Source of the DNA: Trichoplax adhaerens
Lineage: Eukaryota; Animalia; Placozoa
Direction: 5' to 3'
NCBI RefSeq assembly: GCF_000150275.1
Contig: NW_002060949.1
Coordinates: 4,574,844 to 4,638,843, forward strand
Length of the DNA stretch: 64,000 nt
The position numbers were made by a program, and so were the translations under genes. Under the pieces are notes generated by a model. That model did not search any database and was not told where the DNA came from. It was given only the letters and a program-made list of their open reading frames with translations. Shown piece after piece: positions 1 to 13,700 of the stretch; position 1 is the first letter of the stretch; every line of letters starts with the position of its first letter.

Positions 1-649
1 AATTATAAGTTGGTTCATTTGGTGTTTCTTTATGTAATATTGCTCAAGCAGAGCTTCATCTTTAGGTATGTGTAATAGAATGGTTAATTATCACTATGAA
101 GGGTGCCATGGAGAATAAATTTATTTTTGTCTAGTATGAGATCCATTCAGGCTTCAAGTATATGTTACATGCTTTAATGGACTACAACTTGATAGGATAT
201 TTATTGTAAACCTTTCTATTATGGAGAAATTTTATATCATCAGCTTATACAATATCAGAGCTATTCTTAACTCATTATTTAGATGCCAGATTTGTAATTC
301 TATAGGGATGTTTATTAAAGATGCAGTTGCATTTTAATGGCGTGATCTAAAATGTCTGTCTTACGATATATAATAAACACGCAGGTGAAGCAATTTCAGT
401 TGGATAACAAAAAAAATACTTTATTTACAAGAGAGCAAATTTATAGGATTACACACAAGTATTGTACTGACGTAAATAATATAGGAATTATAAGTACAAA
501 TTATAAGCATGATCATTTAAATTAGAGGGCTGAAAGTTATACAGTAAACTTTTGCTAAAAGGAATATCAGAGACAGTTAATTTATAAAGGTATCGATATG
601 TAAATTTTTCATTAGTTTATAGTGAATTGCATATTTTGGGGTGATAGTC

Positions 650-1582
650 ATAGTTATGCAAAGTTGAGACCCTCTATCCGTTTTATTTATCGCAGTTAAT
701 CGTGTAATCTACCTTATACTATAATTAGATTGTTTCATTATAAATAATAAAACATTGTTACTATTATTATTATCGGAATTTATTTAAAAATTGCTAGTTA
801 TGAGTCGGCATATTTTTATGAGTCTGTATACAAATTTCTGTAGACATACTTTACATACATGGAGAATGGATACCAGCTGATTTTGAATTATGCCAAAAAT
901 GTATAGTTTAAGAATGCTAGAACAGATCATATACATATATATATAACATATCGAGGTTTTTATTAATAGTCATGCAAAGTCGCTCTATCCGTTTTATTTA
1001 TCGTAGTTAATCGTGTAATTCTACCTTATACTGTCATTAGATTATTTCATTATAAATAATAAAACATTGTTATTATTATTATTATCGGAATTTATTTAAA
1101 GATTGCTAGTTATGAGTCAGCATATTTTTATGAGTCTGCATACAAATTTCTGTAGACATATACTTTACATACATGGAGAATGGATACCACTTGATTTTAA
1201 ACTATGCCAAGAAAGTATAGTTTAAGAATGCTAGAACAGATCATATACATATATATAACATATCGAGATTTTTATTAATAGTTATGCAAAGTTGAGACCC
1301 TCTTTCCGTTTTATTTATCCTAGCTAATCGTGTAATTCTACCTTATACAGTCATTATATTATTTCATTATAAATAATAAAACATTATTATTATTATTATT
1401 GTTATTATCGGAATTTATTTAAAAATTGCTAGTTAGAAGTCTGTATACTAATTTCTTTAGACATATACTTTAAATACATGGAGAATGGGTATCAGTTGAT
1501 TTTGAGCTGTGCCAAGAAAGTATAGTTTAAGAACGCTAGAACAGATCATATATAACCTATACCGGATAGAGGTTTTTATTAT
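650..1582. repeat. Tandem repeat, 3 copies of a ~314-bp AT-rich unit
   Basis: ATAGT(T/C)ATGCAAAGT...TCCGTTTTATTTATC...GAACAGATCATATA...GAG(G/A)TTTTTATTA recurs from ~650, ~966 and ~1278 with small indels. No ORF. Confidence 0.92.
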
Positions 1583-1880
1583 TACCTGAAGGGTTAATAT
1601 ACTGCACGTATATGTGGTACAACCGCAATCTAACACAGTAAACTAACACCGTACGTCCAAGCTGCGGGAGTCTGTCTACGCAGGCAGTACCCACATATCC
1701 ACTATGTAGTATATCGTAAAGTAGACTATCAAGTGTCGTTACGGACTACAGAGGTTAATGGGTGTCCAGTAGACAACTACAGAGCTGCGCTTGCATTCGC
1801 TTGCCCACTAGCAACGCGAATTAATCAAGTTAAAGTATTTTATCATCGATGTTATTTTGGATTGGTATTGAAGGAAGAGG

Positions 1881-3843
1881 ATGATGATTAGGAATATTTG
1901 TAAGTGGATCCACAGTAAACCGCCATTACTCAATGCATCGTTCATTTCTTTAAACGGAAGAAAACGATACGTAAGTACTGTACATATTGAAATATCTTTA
2001 GCTCCTGAAGATATACCAGTTGTGGCTGTTTCCATCTATTTATTTACTGTTCGTTACTGCCAATGTCTACATGCCGATCTACCGAATTCTCAGATAGTAA
2101 GCTAAAAGCCTCCTTTACTAGCGAGAGATTATTGAACATATTTTACTATAGAAATGAGACTATTTTAGGCCTAGGCTTCTTCGAGATAAACTGATCAGTC
2201 AGGATCTATAAATTATCCTCTATTACGACATTAGAGATGGTACATGATACAAATTTGCAGTAGAGACGTACATTGGGATGTTGGCCTGCATGCATTTTAT
2301 GTGCTTGTTGATCGGATAGGGGTAATATGTACGAAATTTGTTCGATCGGATAACAATTATACCCTTGCCAAGATAACGTAGCTTCCGTTAAAGCTTGAGG
2401 TCATGTCAAGAAGTGATTAGATAATGGGATAGACAGCCTTTCCGCTAGCTAGCAATTTCTATGATAAAGATACATCGCCTAATACACATTATTCGTAGGC
2501 AAGTGAACCGACTTAATGTACTCGTATTGTCGGTTATATACTATGCATCTTCAAAGGTAATGTTCGTTGAACTAAGGACAATAAGGTAATGGATACAGTA
2601 TAGACTAGTGTGTTGTATGTAGGGTGATAAAAGATGTACTACTAAATCAAATGAAACCATAACAATTATAATTATAGTGTTCGATTGATACTAACGCTTT
2701 TCCCATCATATCGACACAATCTACTTGTGATAGAACGATTCTAAATGGCTACACACAACGGTTGGCTTGCTACGTAGGGTTAACGAGACCAATAGAGAAC
2801 CTGCAGAACCTGTCACTTTAGCTCGTAGGCTTGTTCCTGATGATGCTAATGTAGTTGGCAATATTCATGGTGGTCATATTTTACAACTGATGGAAGAAGC
2901 TGGACATATCGCTGCAACCAAACACTGTAATAGCGATAAAAAGATGACTGAAACAGATAATACAACTATTTCCAACACTGCTTATATGACACGTCTCGAG
3001 CATATGGATTTTCTGCAGCCAATGTTTGTGAACGAGATAGCTCAAGCAAAAGCTGAAGTAGTATTTGTATCGGAGCACTCCTTAGCAGTAGAGGTTAAAG
3101 TTACAGCAGAGAATATATACAAGGGAACCCGACGATTAACAAATCGGGGCATTCTGTGGTATGTACACTTCAACGTTGACAAAACTAGCCAAAATTTAGA
3201 TATCGCCAAAGTTCCTCCACTATCATACAATATTCAAAAGCAGCAAGAATATCGACAATTATATGAAAGTCGAAAGAGGGATAACAAGCTGGGTAAAGAT
3301 TTTCGTAATACCATAAATGAAAGTGATATTACTTCGGAGAATATTCATCGAAATGAAGCTATCAATCAAATAGAAGGTACTATCGTAGCATCTGAATCTG
3401 TTTTAGCACACTTAATTATGCCTTCTGATTGCTATGAAATAAAGTTTGCAACTGGTGGTTGCTTAATGAAACTTATGGATACGGCTGCTGCTATGGTTGG
3501 TATCAGACACTGTAAGTCAGCTGCTGTCACCGCTTCCATAAACGATATTGATTTCTATAGGCCGGTTAAGTTGAGTAGTCTCATTACCATCGTTGGAAGA
3601 TTAACTTTTACCTCTGGGAAATCGATGGAAACTAACGTTCGAGTGTTTGCCAAGAACATTCGTACCGGCAGCCAATACATCGCTAGTAGTTCTTTCTTTA
3701 ATATGGTAGCAATGGATAGTAATTGTATGCCCCTTAAAGTTCCGCCATTAGTATTAACTACTGATGATGAAAAGCGACAATTTGAAGAAGGTAGAGTTCG
3801 TTACGAAAATAGAAAAAAAAGTAGAGTGAATAAAATGGATTAG
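1881..3843 (+). CDS. ACOT7-like double-hotdog acyl-CoA thioesterase, paralogue 1, probably mitochondrial
   Basis: Main exon 2734-3843 follows a TAG acceptor and starts NDSKWLHTT. It contains PDDANVVGNIHGG..MEEAG (ACOT7 catalytic Asn motif) and GGCLMKLMD (catalytic Asp). Candidate phase-0 first exons are 1881-1970 (MMIRNICKW...GRKRY|GTAAGT) and 2461-2556. Confidence 0.88.
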
Positions 3844-5252
3844 ACCATTTGCGTCACCTACCGTCTATCGTATTGATTGATTGATATAGTCGTGTACTAT
3901 ATGTTGTGGACCAAAAACTTATCATTTGTAAGCTGTTATGCGTATATGTTAACTATCTGTGTAAAGGCATATTTCATGTTGATGCTACAATTATCAATTA
4001 ATTAATTATAATAAAGGCATATTTGGGTACTGGTACTCGTCGCAGTATCGAGTTGTAGTACGATTTTTGCCTTAGCTTAATGACTTCGGTATATCATAGT
4101 TTTATATAAAGAAAGACTTTCTATTTGATTTAATTTTTGTTATGTAATTCTTTAATGGATTTCTGTACAACTTTGGAGATGATTAAATGATGAATTTGAC
4201 ATTGCGGTCATGATATAAATACAATTATTTATTGAATTAAATACAGTTTTAATATTGGCGATAGTAAATAAAAATTGTTATTATTAATTACAGTGAATAG
4301 TATGCTATATGGTACCATAAACTGTACATATTAATGATCAAGTTCTCTTGTATCTCCAATAATTATGATATGATTAACACACCCAAATGATATATTATTC
4401 AGGATGTGCGCAATATTAACTGTATAGTTTTACTATACAATATAAAACTATCAGTACAATATCGGATTCGCTATGAAAGTTATTGCAACATAGTATCCGA
4501 CATGAAAAAGAAAGTGAATTTCAATTTGTAAATTTTTGAAGTTGACTAGTGTACGTACATTAACTCTTTATAAAGTAGATTTGGTACGTTAATTATACCA
4601 TATATAATACGTAAACGGGTACAATTTTGTACTATATCACTTATCTGCTTACGATATCGAATATGTGCACATAATATATGCATGTCTATTCGTCTATAAA
4701 AGTAATCCAAGAACATCGCTACGCCAGAAAGGAGACATTTCCATTTAGATTGTAATTGAAAATTTCCAAGGATCCAAATTTATAAATTAATTATTTATAG
4801 CAGATCTTAGCACGTATGAGTAAATACGGTAGATTTAGATGTAAAATTTATAACCTATCATGGCAAAAATGTAATCTATAAGGCCTATTACAGTAATTTA
4901 AGTTTTGTAAGATTGTAGAACTTTGTAAGTCCGAATAGTAGAGATTATATACCGCAACTCCGATGAGACTTTCTAATATAACATACTAGGAAAATTTTCC
5001 AAATACAACTGTGGTACAATATATTAGTTTGATGTAAGTTGATGTACAGAGGTGACATAACTGGACTAGCTTTTAGCAGGCGATCGTGAATATTCCAGTG
5101 TGGTTGAACGATATTGTATCGAGTAGTTAGCCAGGTATGAAGAACTTTACTTGACATTAGCATTATGCAGACAACATTGGAATGGCCAGATTCTTACTAG
5201 AAGTGACCGTGATACGTTGGCAACAGATTTTCTTCAACTGGGCAAAGCTATT

Positions 5253-6812
5253 TTATTTCTTTTTAAACATTTTTTTCCTATTTTCATAGCGTATTCTGCC
5301 TTCTTCGAATAATCGCTTTTCGTAATCACTAGTTAGTATTAATGATGGAACTTTATCATTCTTTTGTAATACCACAAAATTATAAAAGGCGCTACTAGCT
5401 ACATATCGATTACTGTTATTAGCCCAGATATCTTCTGCGATAACTTGAACCTGAACTTCCATCGATTTTGTGGAAGTAAAGGTCAGCCTTCCTATAGCAG
5501 TTATAAGATTGCCCATTTTTACTGGCTTCAGAAAATCGATATCATTAATGGAAGCCGTTGCAATAGTACCTTTGGTATGCCTAATACATACTATAGCTGC
5601 TACGTTATCCATAAGTTTCATAAGGCAACCGCCAGTTACGCGCTGAATTTGATAACAGTCAGCAGGCATAACCATATGAACTAGAACAGATTCTGAGGCT
5701 GCTACGGTAGCTTGTGTTTCCTTAGTAGCACCAGTTTGATCGATATTGCTTACTGAAGCTATGTTATCTTTAATGGTAATATCATCAAAACCTTGAACTA
5801 ATCGTCTGTTTTCTTTTTGTTGATTATATAGTTGAAGACACTTTTGGTACTTGTCAACATCGTAATGTAATAAAGGTGGAACTTTGGCGAGGCTTACTTG
5901 CTGACTTACTGGATCCTTGTTGAAGTTTACGTACCAAAATATTCCTCGATTCGTTAATCGTCGCGTTCCTCTGCTTGGGTCTTCTGCTGTTACTTCAATT
6001 TCTACAGCTAATGAGTGTTGCGATACAAATACTACTTCGGCTCTTGCTTGTGCTACCTCATTAACAAAGATTGGCTGTAAAAAGTTCATATGATCCAATC
6101 GAGCCATATAAGCAGCATTATAGATATTCTGATCGGTTTGAGTTACTCTATTATTATTGTTACTACTATAGCAATGTCTAGTTGCAGCAATATGTCCAGC
6201 TTGTTCTGCAAGTTGTAAAGTCTGACCCCCGTGGATAATACCTAATGGATTAGTATCAGCAGGAAGAATTTTGCGAGCTAAAATAATTGAATCCGATTTA
6301 TGATCATTTTGATTATAAGTTGATCTATTAGGGGAAGTAGATACCCATCTGACCGTATTCTATCAGAAGCGAAGAGAAGGTAAAACGCAATTAGCTTAAT
6401 CTGTCACTAACAAGTTAGCAATTACACGTATAATTATTGGGGATTGCAAATGTCAAAAATTTTTGACCTGTACATCTATCAAATAGTCCACAACTGAGAT
6501 TACTGCGAGCAAATGTTCATTAGAATTAATGTTTCGAATTATAAAAATGTATTACTACAACTTGTAGAGTTAGATTAGACATCCTCTCAAGTCGCAATAA
6601 AAAGATAGCATTTTCATATACGCGTATATTTACATAATAATATTTGATGTTTAAAGCTGCTATATACTAATACGCATTGATTGGCATTGATTTCGAGTCA
6701 TATTTACCGAAACTTTTATCTTGTTTGGATTATCCAGGTGTAACTTGATGAATGCCCATCTGGTTGTTATCCATAATCTGCTCAATCTCTGTAAGCCAAT
6801 ATTATTGATCAT
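5253..6812 (-). CDS. ACOT7-like double-hotdog acyl-CoA thioesterase, paralogue 2, convergent with paralogue 1
   Basis: Exon 1 is 6812-6708 (MINNIGLQRLSRLW...KIKVS|GTAAAT, phase 0). Exon 2 is 6359-5253, starting NTVRWVSTS, with PADTNPLGIIHGG and GGCLMKLMD. Intron position matches paralogue 1. Confidence 0.88.
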
Positions 6813-7868
6813 GATCAATGTTCGAGTCTTGTCAATATACAATATTATTTTTAAAATATGAACATGGCTTTCAGTCTGCAAGTTTATGAAACAGCAGGAT
6901 AAATTTTGCTGAATAGAAATGTAGATAGTAATGCAGTATCTAATGAACTATAAATTATCATTAATCATCGGACTCGCAGGATGTAATAATTTAAGGTATG
7001 AAGTGATTGTGATCGATGCGTCGTTCAATTATAATTAATTATTAACGCAGGATGGATGGAATTGTAAGTATATCCAATGGAAGAGCCACCATATAATCAA
7101 TAAGAACTGGTTATTAGCATGGTGATCCAAACATAATAATTTAATTTCCTCTTAATATGATTTCATATCGCCATCAACATCTGCAATATAAAAAGATCTC
7201 AGGGATTGTCCTCTTCAGTCTTGACAGCCAAGGTCCCCACCTACTCCCATTGATGGTCCACATCCGTCCTGCCGGTACCGGTGTGTACATCACGTATACT
7301 ATCTATACTACACTGTATGACTCAGGGGGCTGTGTAGTATTATACAGTATAGACTCATGAAATTTTCCAAATCAGATTCCAACGTGGACAGTACTCTACA
7401 CTCTACAGTACAGTGCTTATCCATCTATTACTGTACTGTACACTGTGCAAAATGAATTGTCATTACCTGAGCGCTTCTTCTCCAACCAATGCAAGTATAA
7501 CTTGATTAAGATGAATGGCATGGTGTGACAGCTTATTTGAGCATAGTAAATCTCTTATATAGAACGGCTAGAGGTGGTCAGGCTGCATCTGATTTGGAGC
7601 TAATGGATGGAGAAGCTCTTGATTTTGAGGTAGTGTAATCCGGTCACGGTAATTTGGTAGTAAGTAATCTATGTCTACAAGATGTGATATAAATTTAACT
7701 TCTGCAGATTGAAATTGTTGTCACTGTATTAAGATTGGATTTTCTCTTCATTTGTAACAGTTATGGAATGAATGAGCATTTCAACGAGTCAAATCGATTG
7801 ATTTACTGTTTGCCTTGTTATTTAAGTAAGAAGCTTGTAAGATTGATTTGCTTGAGGCTTCTGATACT

Positions 7869-10326
7869 ATGGCTGAATGCGAGAAAATCAAGCTCTACTT
7901 ACTCGACGATGATGCCTTTGTATGGACTGCGGACGGTAACAACCACTTACATTTGATATGTAGTGCTGCATTATCAAATAATGCATTGTAATTTGCAATA
8001 GATGTACGCCTATCAAATCGGTTCTATTTATGAGTATACTTCAGCTTTACCTAAATCTCTTAGCTCTCATCAGAAAATAGTATAATTAGTCAGGGCTTAG
8101 TCAGTTAATTCTGAATTAAATTGTCTATGAAGACCAGTGAGCAGTAATCATTCATCGTTTAAAACTATGGCGTAACTCTTTTATTATACGTATACAATTA
8201 CAAGATAATGTTATACAGTCTAAATACAGTACATGACTAGTCTTGTATGCTTTGTTACTTAATGCAATTAATGCAAGACGTTTAAAAAAGTAGATTGGAA
8301 GCTATTGCGTCAGAACTACAGGATAAGTTGGCAATTACAAGATAATGTCATACAGTCTAAGTACAGTACATCGACTAGTCTTGTATGCTTTATTACTTAA
8401 TGCAATTAATGCAAGACGTTTAAAAAGTAGATTGGAAGCTGTTATATCCAAATTATAGGATAGTTGGCAATTACAAGATAATGTCATACAATCTAAGTAC
8501 AGTACATCAACTAATCTTGTATGCTCTATTACTTAATGTAATTAATGCAAGATGTTTAAAAAAGTAGATTGGAAGCTGTTGCGTCGGAACTACAGGATAG
8601 TTGGTCATTTAACTGGTAGTTTACCTCGACAACCAAAGCAAAATACTTACCAAGGCTTACCACTTAAATTACTACGAGAGGAAGCTACGTTACTTCTCGA
8701 AAAAGGTTCTTAACAATTCAATATAGCTATGGTATCTGAACACGTTGACAATTTTATATTATAATACGACTATTTATTGAATGTATGATGTAACGGCAAC
8801 TGTCTTAGACGTCTACATGTGCAGTTATATCAACAGATAAGCCTTTTCACTATGGTAAAAGTGTCTTAAAATTTGTAGTACGCTTATTATTTACCTAATT
8901 TTAATCGTAGGTATTGCTGAATTGGTTACATGTAATATACCGGAAATAAATCAAAGTCAAATCGAGTTATACAATCACAATCGTGAGAGTAATATTATGG
9001 AGCAGGTTTGTCGCTTCATTAATTATTTCTGTCTTATTTTGGTAATATTTCCAAAATAACTATAGTGACATACTTATGTTAATTAAATGCGAATACTACA
9101 TGAAATTATACACATACTTTTGCTAATTATTATCGACTTTGTTATCCTATATAGGCCAAGATAATTGCTAAGGAGAAGAACGAACGGGATCTATTTTATC
9201 GAGAGCAAAATCATCTACCCTGTATGTACAATAAATGATCATAGATAAGTGTAGTATGTAAGCTACCGATAATGGTCTTTATACTACTGTAGGAACTTGT
9301 TGATAACACTACGCTATTCTTAGCACTCGGTATTTTGAAATTGATGTGGTGTTAATTTGCTATACGATAATTCTGAGATTTGAATAATATTGTACTATAA
9401 TTTATTAAATCAAAGATACCAAGCTTCCTATGCACTTAACTACTTAGTAGTCAACACTATTTTGTTTAAAAGTTTCATCTGCTTATTCGCATTAGGTGAT
9501 GTCAATAAGGAAGCTAATAAAGATATTTCTGATGACGAAGTATGAAATTAAATTATCAAATGTCCTTTATACGTATACTTGTAATTATAATTGATCTAAT
9601 ATATATTAATCATTGGGATTGACTTTGGTAAAAAATGGTTTTATTGTAAAATATATAAATAGATCAAGAAATTGCAATCGTCAGCTATAATTCATATATC
9701 AACGGGTTCGTAAAAGTAAAAATATGCTCTTAGAATTAACAGAGAATTTAAAAGATGCTGGATTGATAAATTGCCTTTTTCAGCAAACCTAGTTGATAGC
9801 GTTACTTCGAGCAACTGCCGCAAAATAACCTGGAAATACCCGGATGCTTTAAGTGATGTAATATAGTCGTCATATTACTATTAATTGCCGAAAATTTTAA
9901 CGAGTACTGCGAAAGGTGTGATCTAACATTGTTCTAAATTACTATAAATAGAAATTTCGATATGCTGCGTATCGTGATTTATGGTATAAAGGATTCTATA
10001 TTACACCGGGAAGAAAATTTGGTGGTGATTATCTTGTTTATGCAGGTTGTAGATTTATTTTGATTAAAGTATCAACATACGTGTATGATGTAATTATTTA
10101 AACTGGTACTAATCTAGCAAAATTTGCTAATTCAAAACAAGATGATCCATATCTTTTCCATTCGCGGTATGTCGTTCGAGTAATACCATCTGAAAGAGAA
10201 ATCAGCACGTACGACATGATTGCTTTCGGTAGATTATGTACAAATGTCAAGAAGATTGGAATATTTTGTTCAGTAGTGGAAGATAAAGTTAAATATTTAT
10301 CTGTTAAATGGACCGGAATGGGTTGA
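7869..10326 (+). CDS. TSEN34: tRNA-splicing endonuclease catalytic subunit Sen34, about 9 exons
   Basis: Spliced translation: MAECEKIKLYLLDDDAFVWTAD|DWKLLRRNYRIVGHLTGSLPRQPKQNTYQGLPLKLLREEATLLLEK ... YRDLWYKGFYITPGRKFGGDYLVYA|DDPYLFHSRY...GRLCTNVKK...LSVKWTGMG*. The Tyr/His/Lys catalytic triad is intact. Exons are approximately 7869-7935, 8568-8705, 8911-9005, 9155-9221, 9497-9538, 9663-9704, 9784-9857, 9952-10026 and 10142-10326. Confidence 0.93.
8195..8605 (+). repeat. 3 x 137-bp tandem repeat spanning the TSEN34 intron-1/exon-2 boundary
   Basis: AAAAAGTAG|ATTGGAAGCT occurs with exon-side starts at 8294, 8431 and 8568. Confidence 0.92.
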
Positions 10327-10756
10327 AAGTTGCTCTTTGCTTAAACAAGAACTCAAAAGAACTCTTCAAATTATTTCCTAGTCTATGATAGGTTATTTTC
10401 AGGTGGATAAAAATATCAGATGTATATTATATTCAATTTACAATTAGAATAGATTACACTCGTATCCACAGGAGTATACACGGTAACAATGTACTGTATA
10501 TGGTGGCTCTATCAAAGATTAGTATTTTCTTTAAGTTATATCAAAATATTTCTTAATATATATTTGACAGTGTTATAGGCTGTACATTTAGAGAAGACAT
10601 TAAAATTCATTTGTGTATACAACATTAAACAATATAAACGATTTAGCAGTACTATAAGAGTTTAGTGTGTACTGCATATATTAGCATGATATTCTTCTGC
10701 ACAACAAGCTGATACAGCAACTGATTCAATCATTTTAATGTTGCCAATATTATCAG

Positions 10757-13700
10757 CTACTGAGCTGGAATTAAGGCGTATCTAAAGCTATCATATTGAC
10801 GTACATCGACTATCCAAGACGAAAACTCTTCTTTAGCAAGGCATTCCTTTAAAACTGTGTCGTTCTATTAACATTTAAGAATTTCGATATATTCATTAGA
10901 TTATAAATGCCTGATTTTGTTCTTAATCAAGAGTAGATAATTTTCTCAGCTATCAATTAAATAAAGTAATTATACGTATATACGCACGATATTTCCTGTT
11001 TGTTGTGCCAGATGATTAAGACTTGTAGGATATTTAGGAGTGCTATTACGACGGAATAGTGATTCAACCTCTGAGAGTTTGATGCTACGCGTACAATTTA
11101 GATGAGAACGTACTGTTCTTTTATCTTCTATAAACATTTTAGCCATATTAAGCTAAACATGCAATAGGTAATTAGTACAATTTATGCAAGCAGATTTTCT
11201 CGATAGAGTATAAATAGCAATTTTAAAGTACACCTACGCGCTCGAAAAATAGTTTTTCCTCTGCGGTATCCTATTGTTGTAGCAAAAGCATGTATAAGTA
11301 ATTACAATTTCTATGATATTGTTTCATAATTACAGCCATGTATCTGCATGATTACAACATTGGATTATGCTTTTTACGTTTTTTCGTTAGTAGTATATTA
11401 TTAATATACTAGTACATTGAAAGAAATCAATATTATAGTTAGCTTTTAGGGATAAAATAGTGATCCTAACATGATTCCTACCAAATTTGACTATACGTAT
11501 TTTGAAAGATTGTAGATTAAAGATGTAATTATCTTTTCAATAACAATAAATTTTAGTTGACGAGATTACTACTGATACGTCGTATAATTTTAAACGCAAA
11601 TACCAAAATTTTACGGTTAAAGCGAGATGACAAGGCGGCAACAGTATAACAAAGATAAAATAAGGCCTAAGCAACCAATATATAATACTGTATTGTATAA
11701 TCTTGAATTCAACAGTCTCATTAGCGTACTTACGTGAATAATTAGGCGGGTAACTTTCAAGATTTTGCTTCGCTTCGATGCATAAGCTTTCGTTATCACC
11801 TTTTGGTCATCATAGATGTAGTAATCCCAAAAAACTATTCTGTCAACTTCTGTGAGATTAATATCTTTATTTTGAATTTCTTCCAGAGGAATAAAAAGTA
11901 CTGATTGACTGTGTATAAATACAGAGCAATAATTTATAATTACAAACGATGAAATTATGTTAAATTCTGCTATGATTATTAATTGTACAGTATCTAGAGT
12001 TTGCATTTTAAATATTGAAGGCATTTAACTTATTAGAATGTAGCATGATAAAGTTGAAATAGTTGATGTAATTGTACTCATGTAGGTAGTAAATCTTAGT
12101 AAATTTCGACTTTTACCCTTTATATAGCTTCATAGCATTTTCATTACTATTTTGCGTTGTTTTTTGCCCAATTATTAAATACTGGTGTTTGTCTAGGCCA
12201 TTTATCTTTGAGAGTATCATTTCAAAAATACTTAACACGTTATCATCTTGGAGACAAAAATTGTAAACAACGACAATTTTTTCGGAAGATGATAAACATA
12301 ACTGGATTAAACAGTCTAGAATCAAGTATTTACTACAAAGTCCGGCTATATCTGGACTTGTAGCTAATTGATTATTTTGAACTTTTGGTGTTGAAGCAGT
12401 TAACCAGATAGAATATAAATTTCTGTACCATTTTTGAATATCTGCGTCAGCTGTAAAATTGAAACATCAAAGAATGTTCGTTTTTCAATTATAATGATCA
12501 GAAAATTTGAAATATAACTAGCTAAATATATTAATGAGATAGATAAGATTTGTATAGTTGTTAAACAGCCTGCATAGTGCCTTTATAATCATATATCTGC
12601 TTCGTGAATTCTAAGACAGGTTACTAATAAAAATCTTACTGGCTATACCTTCCTGTCCGGTAATTGAAGGACGATTGAGAACATCATTGTACAGTTGTGT
12701 TTGTTCGTCATTTAATCTCAGAAACACTACATGCTCTATCTTTCGATGGATACGGTATTGCGTATCAGTTACACTATACACCTAAATTATGAAGACAATC
12801 ATATAATGTTTAAATCCGTGTGCATAAAGTGCCAAAGCCTGAGAATGTATTTAGCGACGTTTGCTAAACCAATCAACTAAGTATTGAGTAGATAGACAGA
12901 CACCGTAAAATCTTACAATTTTTAAGTAGATATAATATAACCATAATACCTTAATAAAGTAATCTAGGAGAAGATCTTCTCTAGCATCGTTGGAATTATG
13001 AACTTTCAAGGCGTCAATTATGTTATTTTGCACGCGATGAATCGAATTATGTGTAGGATTGACAAGAGCAACCATTGTACTAACTACAGTAAGAGAATAA
13101 GAAGCGGCAAATTATGATTTTCAAGATGATAAATTACAGATAATAAAACATTTGTAATTTCTGGTTCGATATGAAATACTAGTAAAATAACAGTAATACT
13201 ATTTACTAAACTGACAAGAACGCTTACACTTAGTAATATCATCGCCATAAATATCAGCCAAAAAAACTCGTTGTCGAGTGTTTACTTTTGAAACCAGATC
13301 AAAAATGGCCGTCCAACGTTGTTCTGGTAAGAAGTCGTCATCACATATTACAAGATCAGATCCTACATGCCAGTATCAAAATAAGTTTTACGAATGACGA
13401 ACAAATTAATTATTAGCTCTTTACATTTACTTATTACCTGGTGATTGGAGGCAATTTTTCATCTCTTGTAATTGCTGTGATTTTGAGTGAAGTAGCTCAG
13501 AATATGTATTATAACTTAGTAGAAGTACTCCTGAAATCTGCTTCCATTGCTTTATCGTTGCATAATTGTCTTTTTGGATCGTTGCATAATTGTCTTTTTT
13601 ATCAGAATTTGGACGTAGATAGTACAACTATCAAGAATTTACTAATGTTAAGAATTGTACTTTCAAAAATCTTGATAAAATAAAGGAAAACGGGGAAAAC

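Noticed and set aside
1-350. Possible exon fragments (AG|GTATGT at ~65, acceptor at ~134)
   Set aside because: No consistent reading frame or recognisable protein within the window.
7604-7956. Spliced upstream ORF (MDGEALDFE|IEIVV...) overlapping the TSEN34 start
   Set aside because: Splice sites are plausible, but there is no homology or other support; likely chance.
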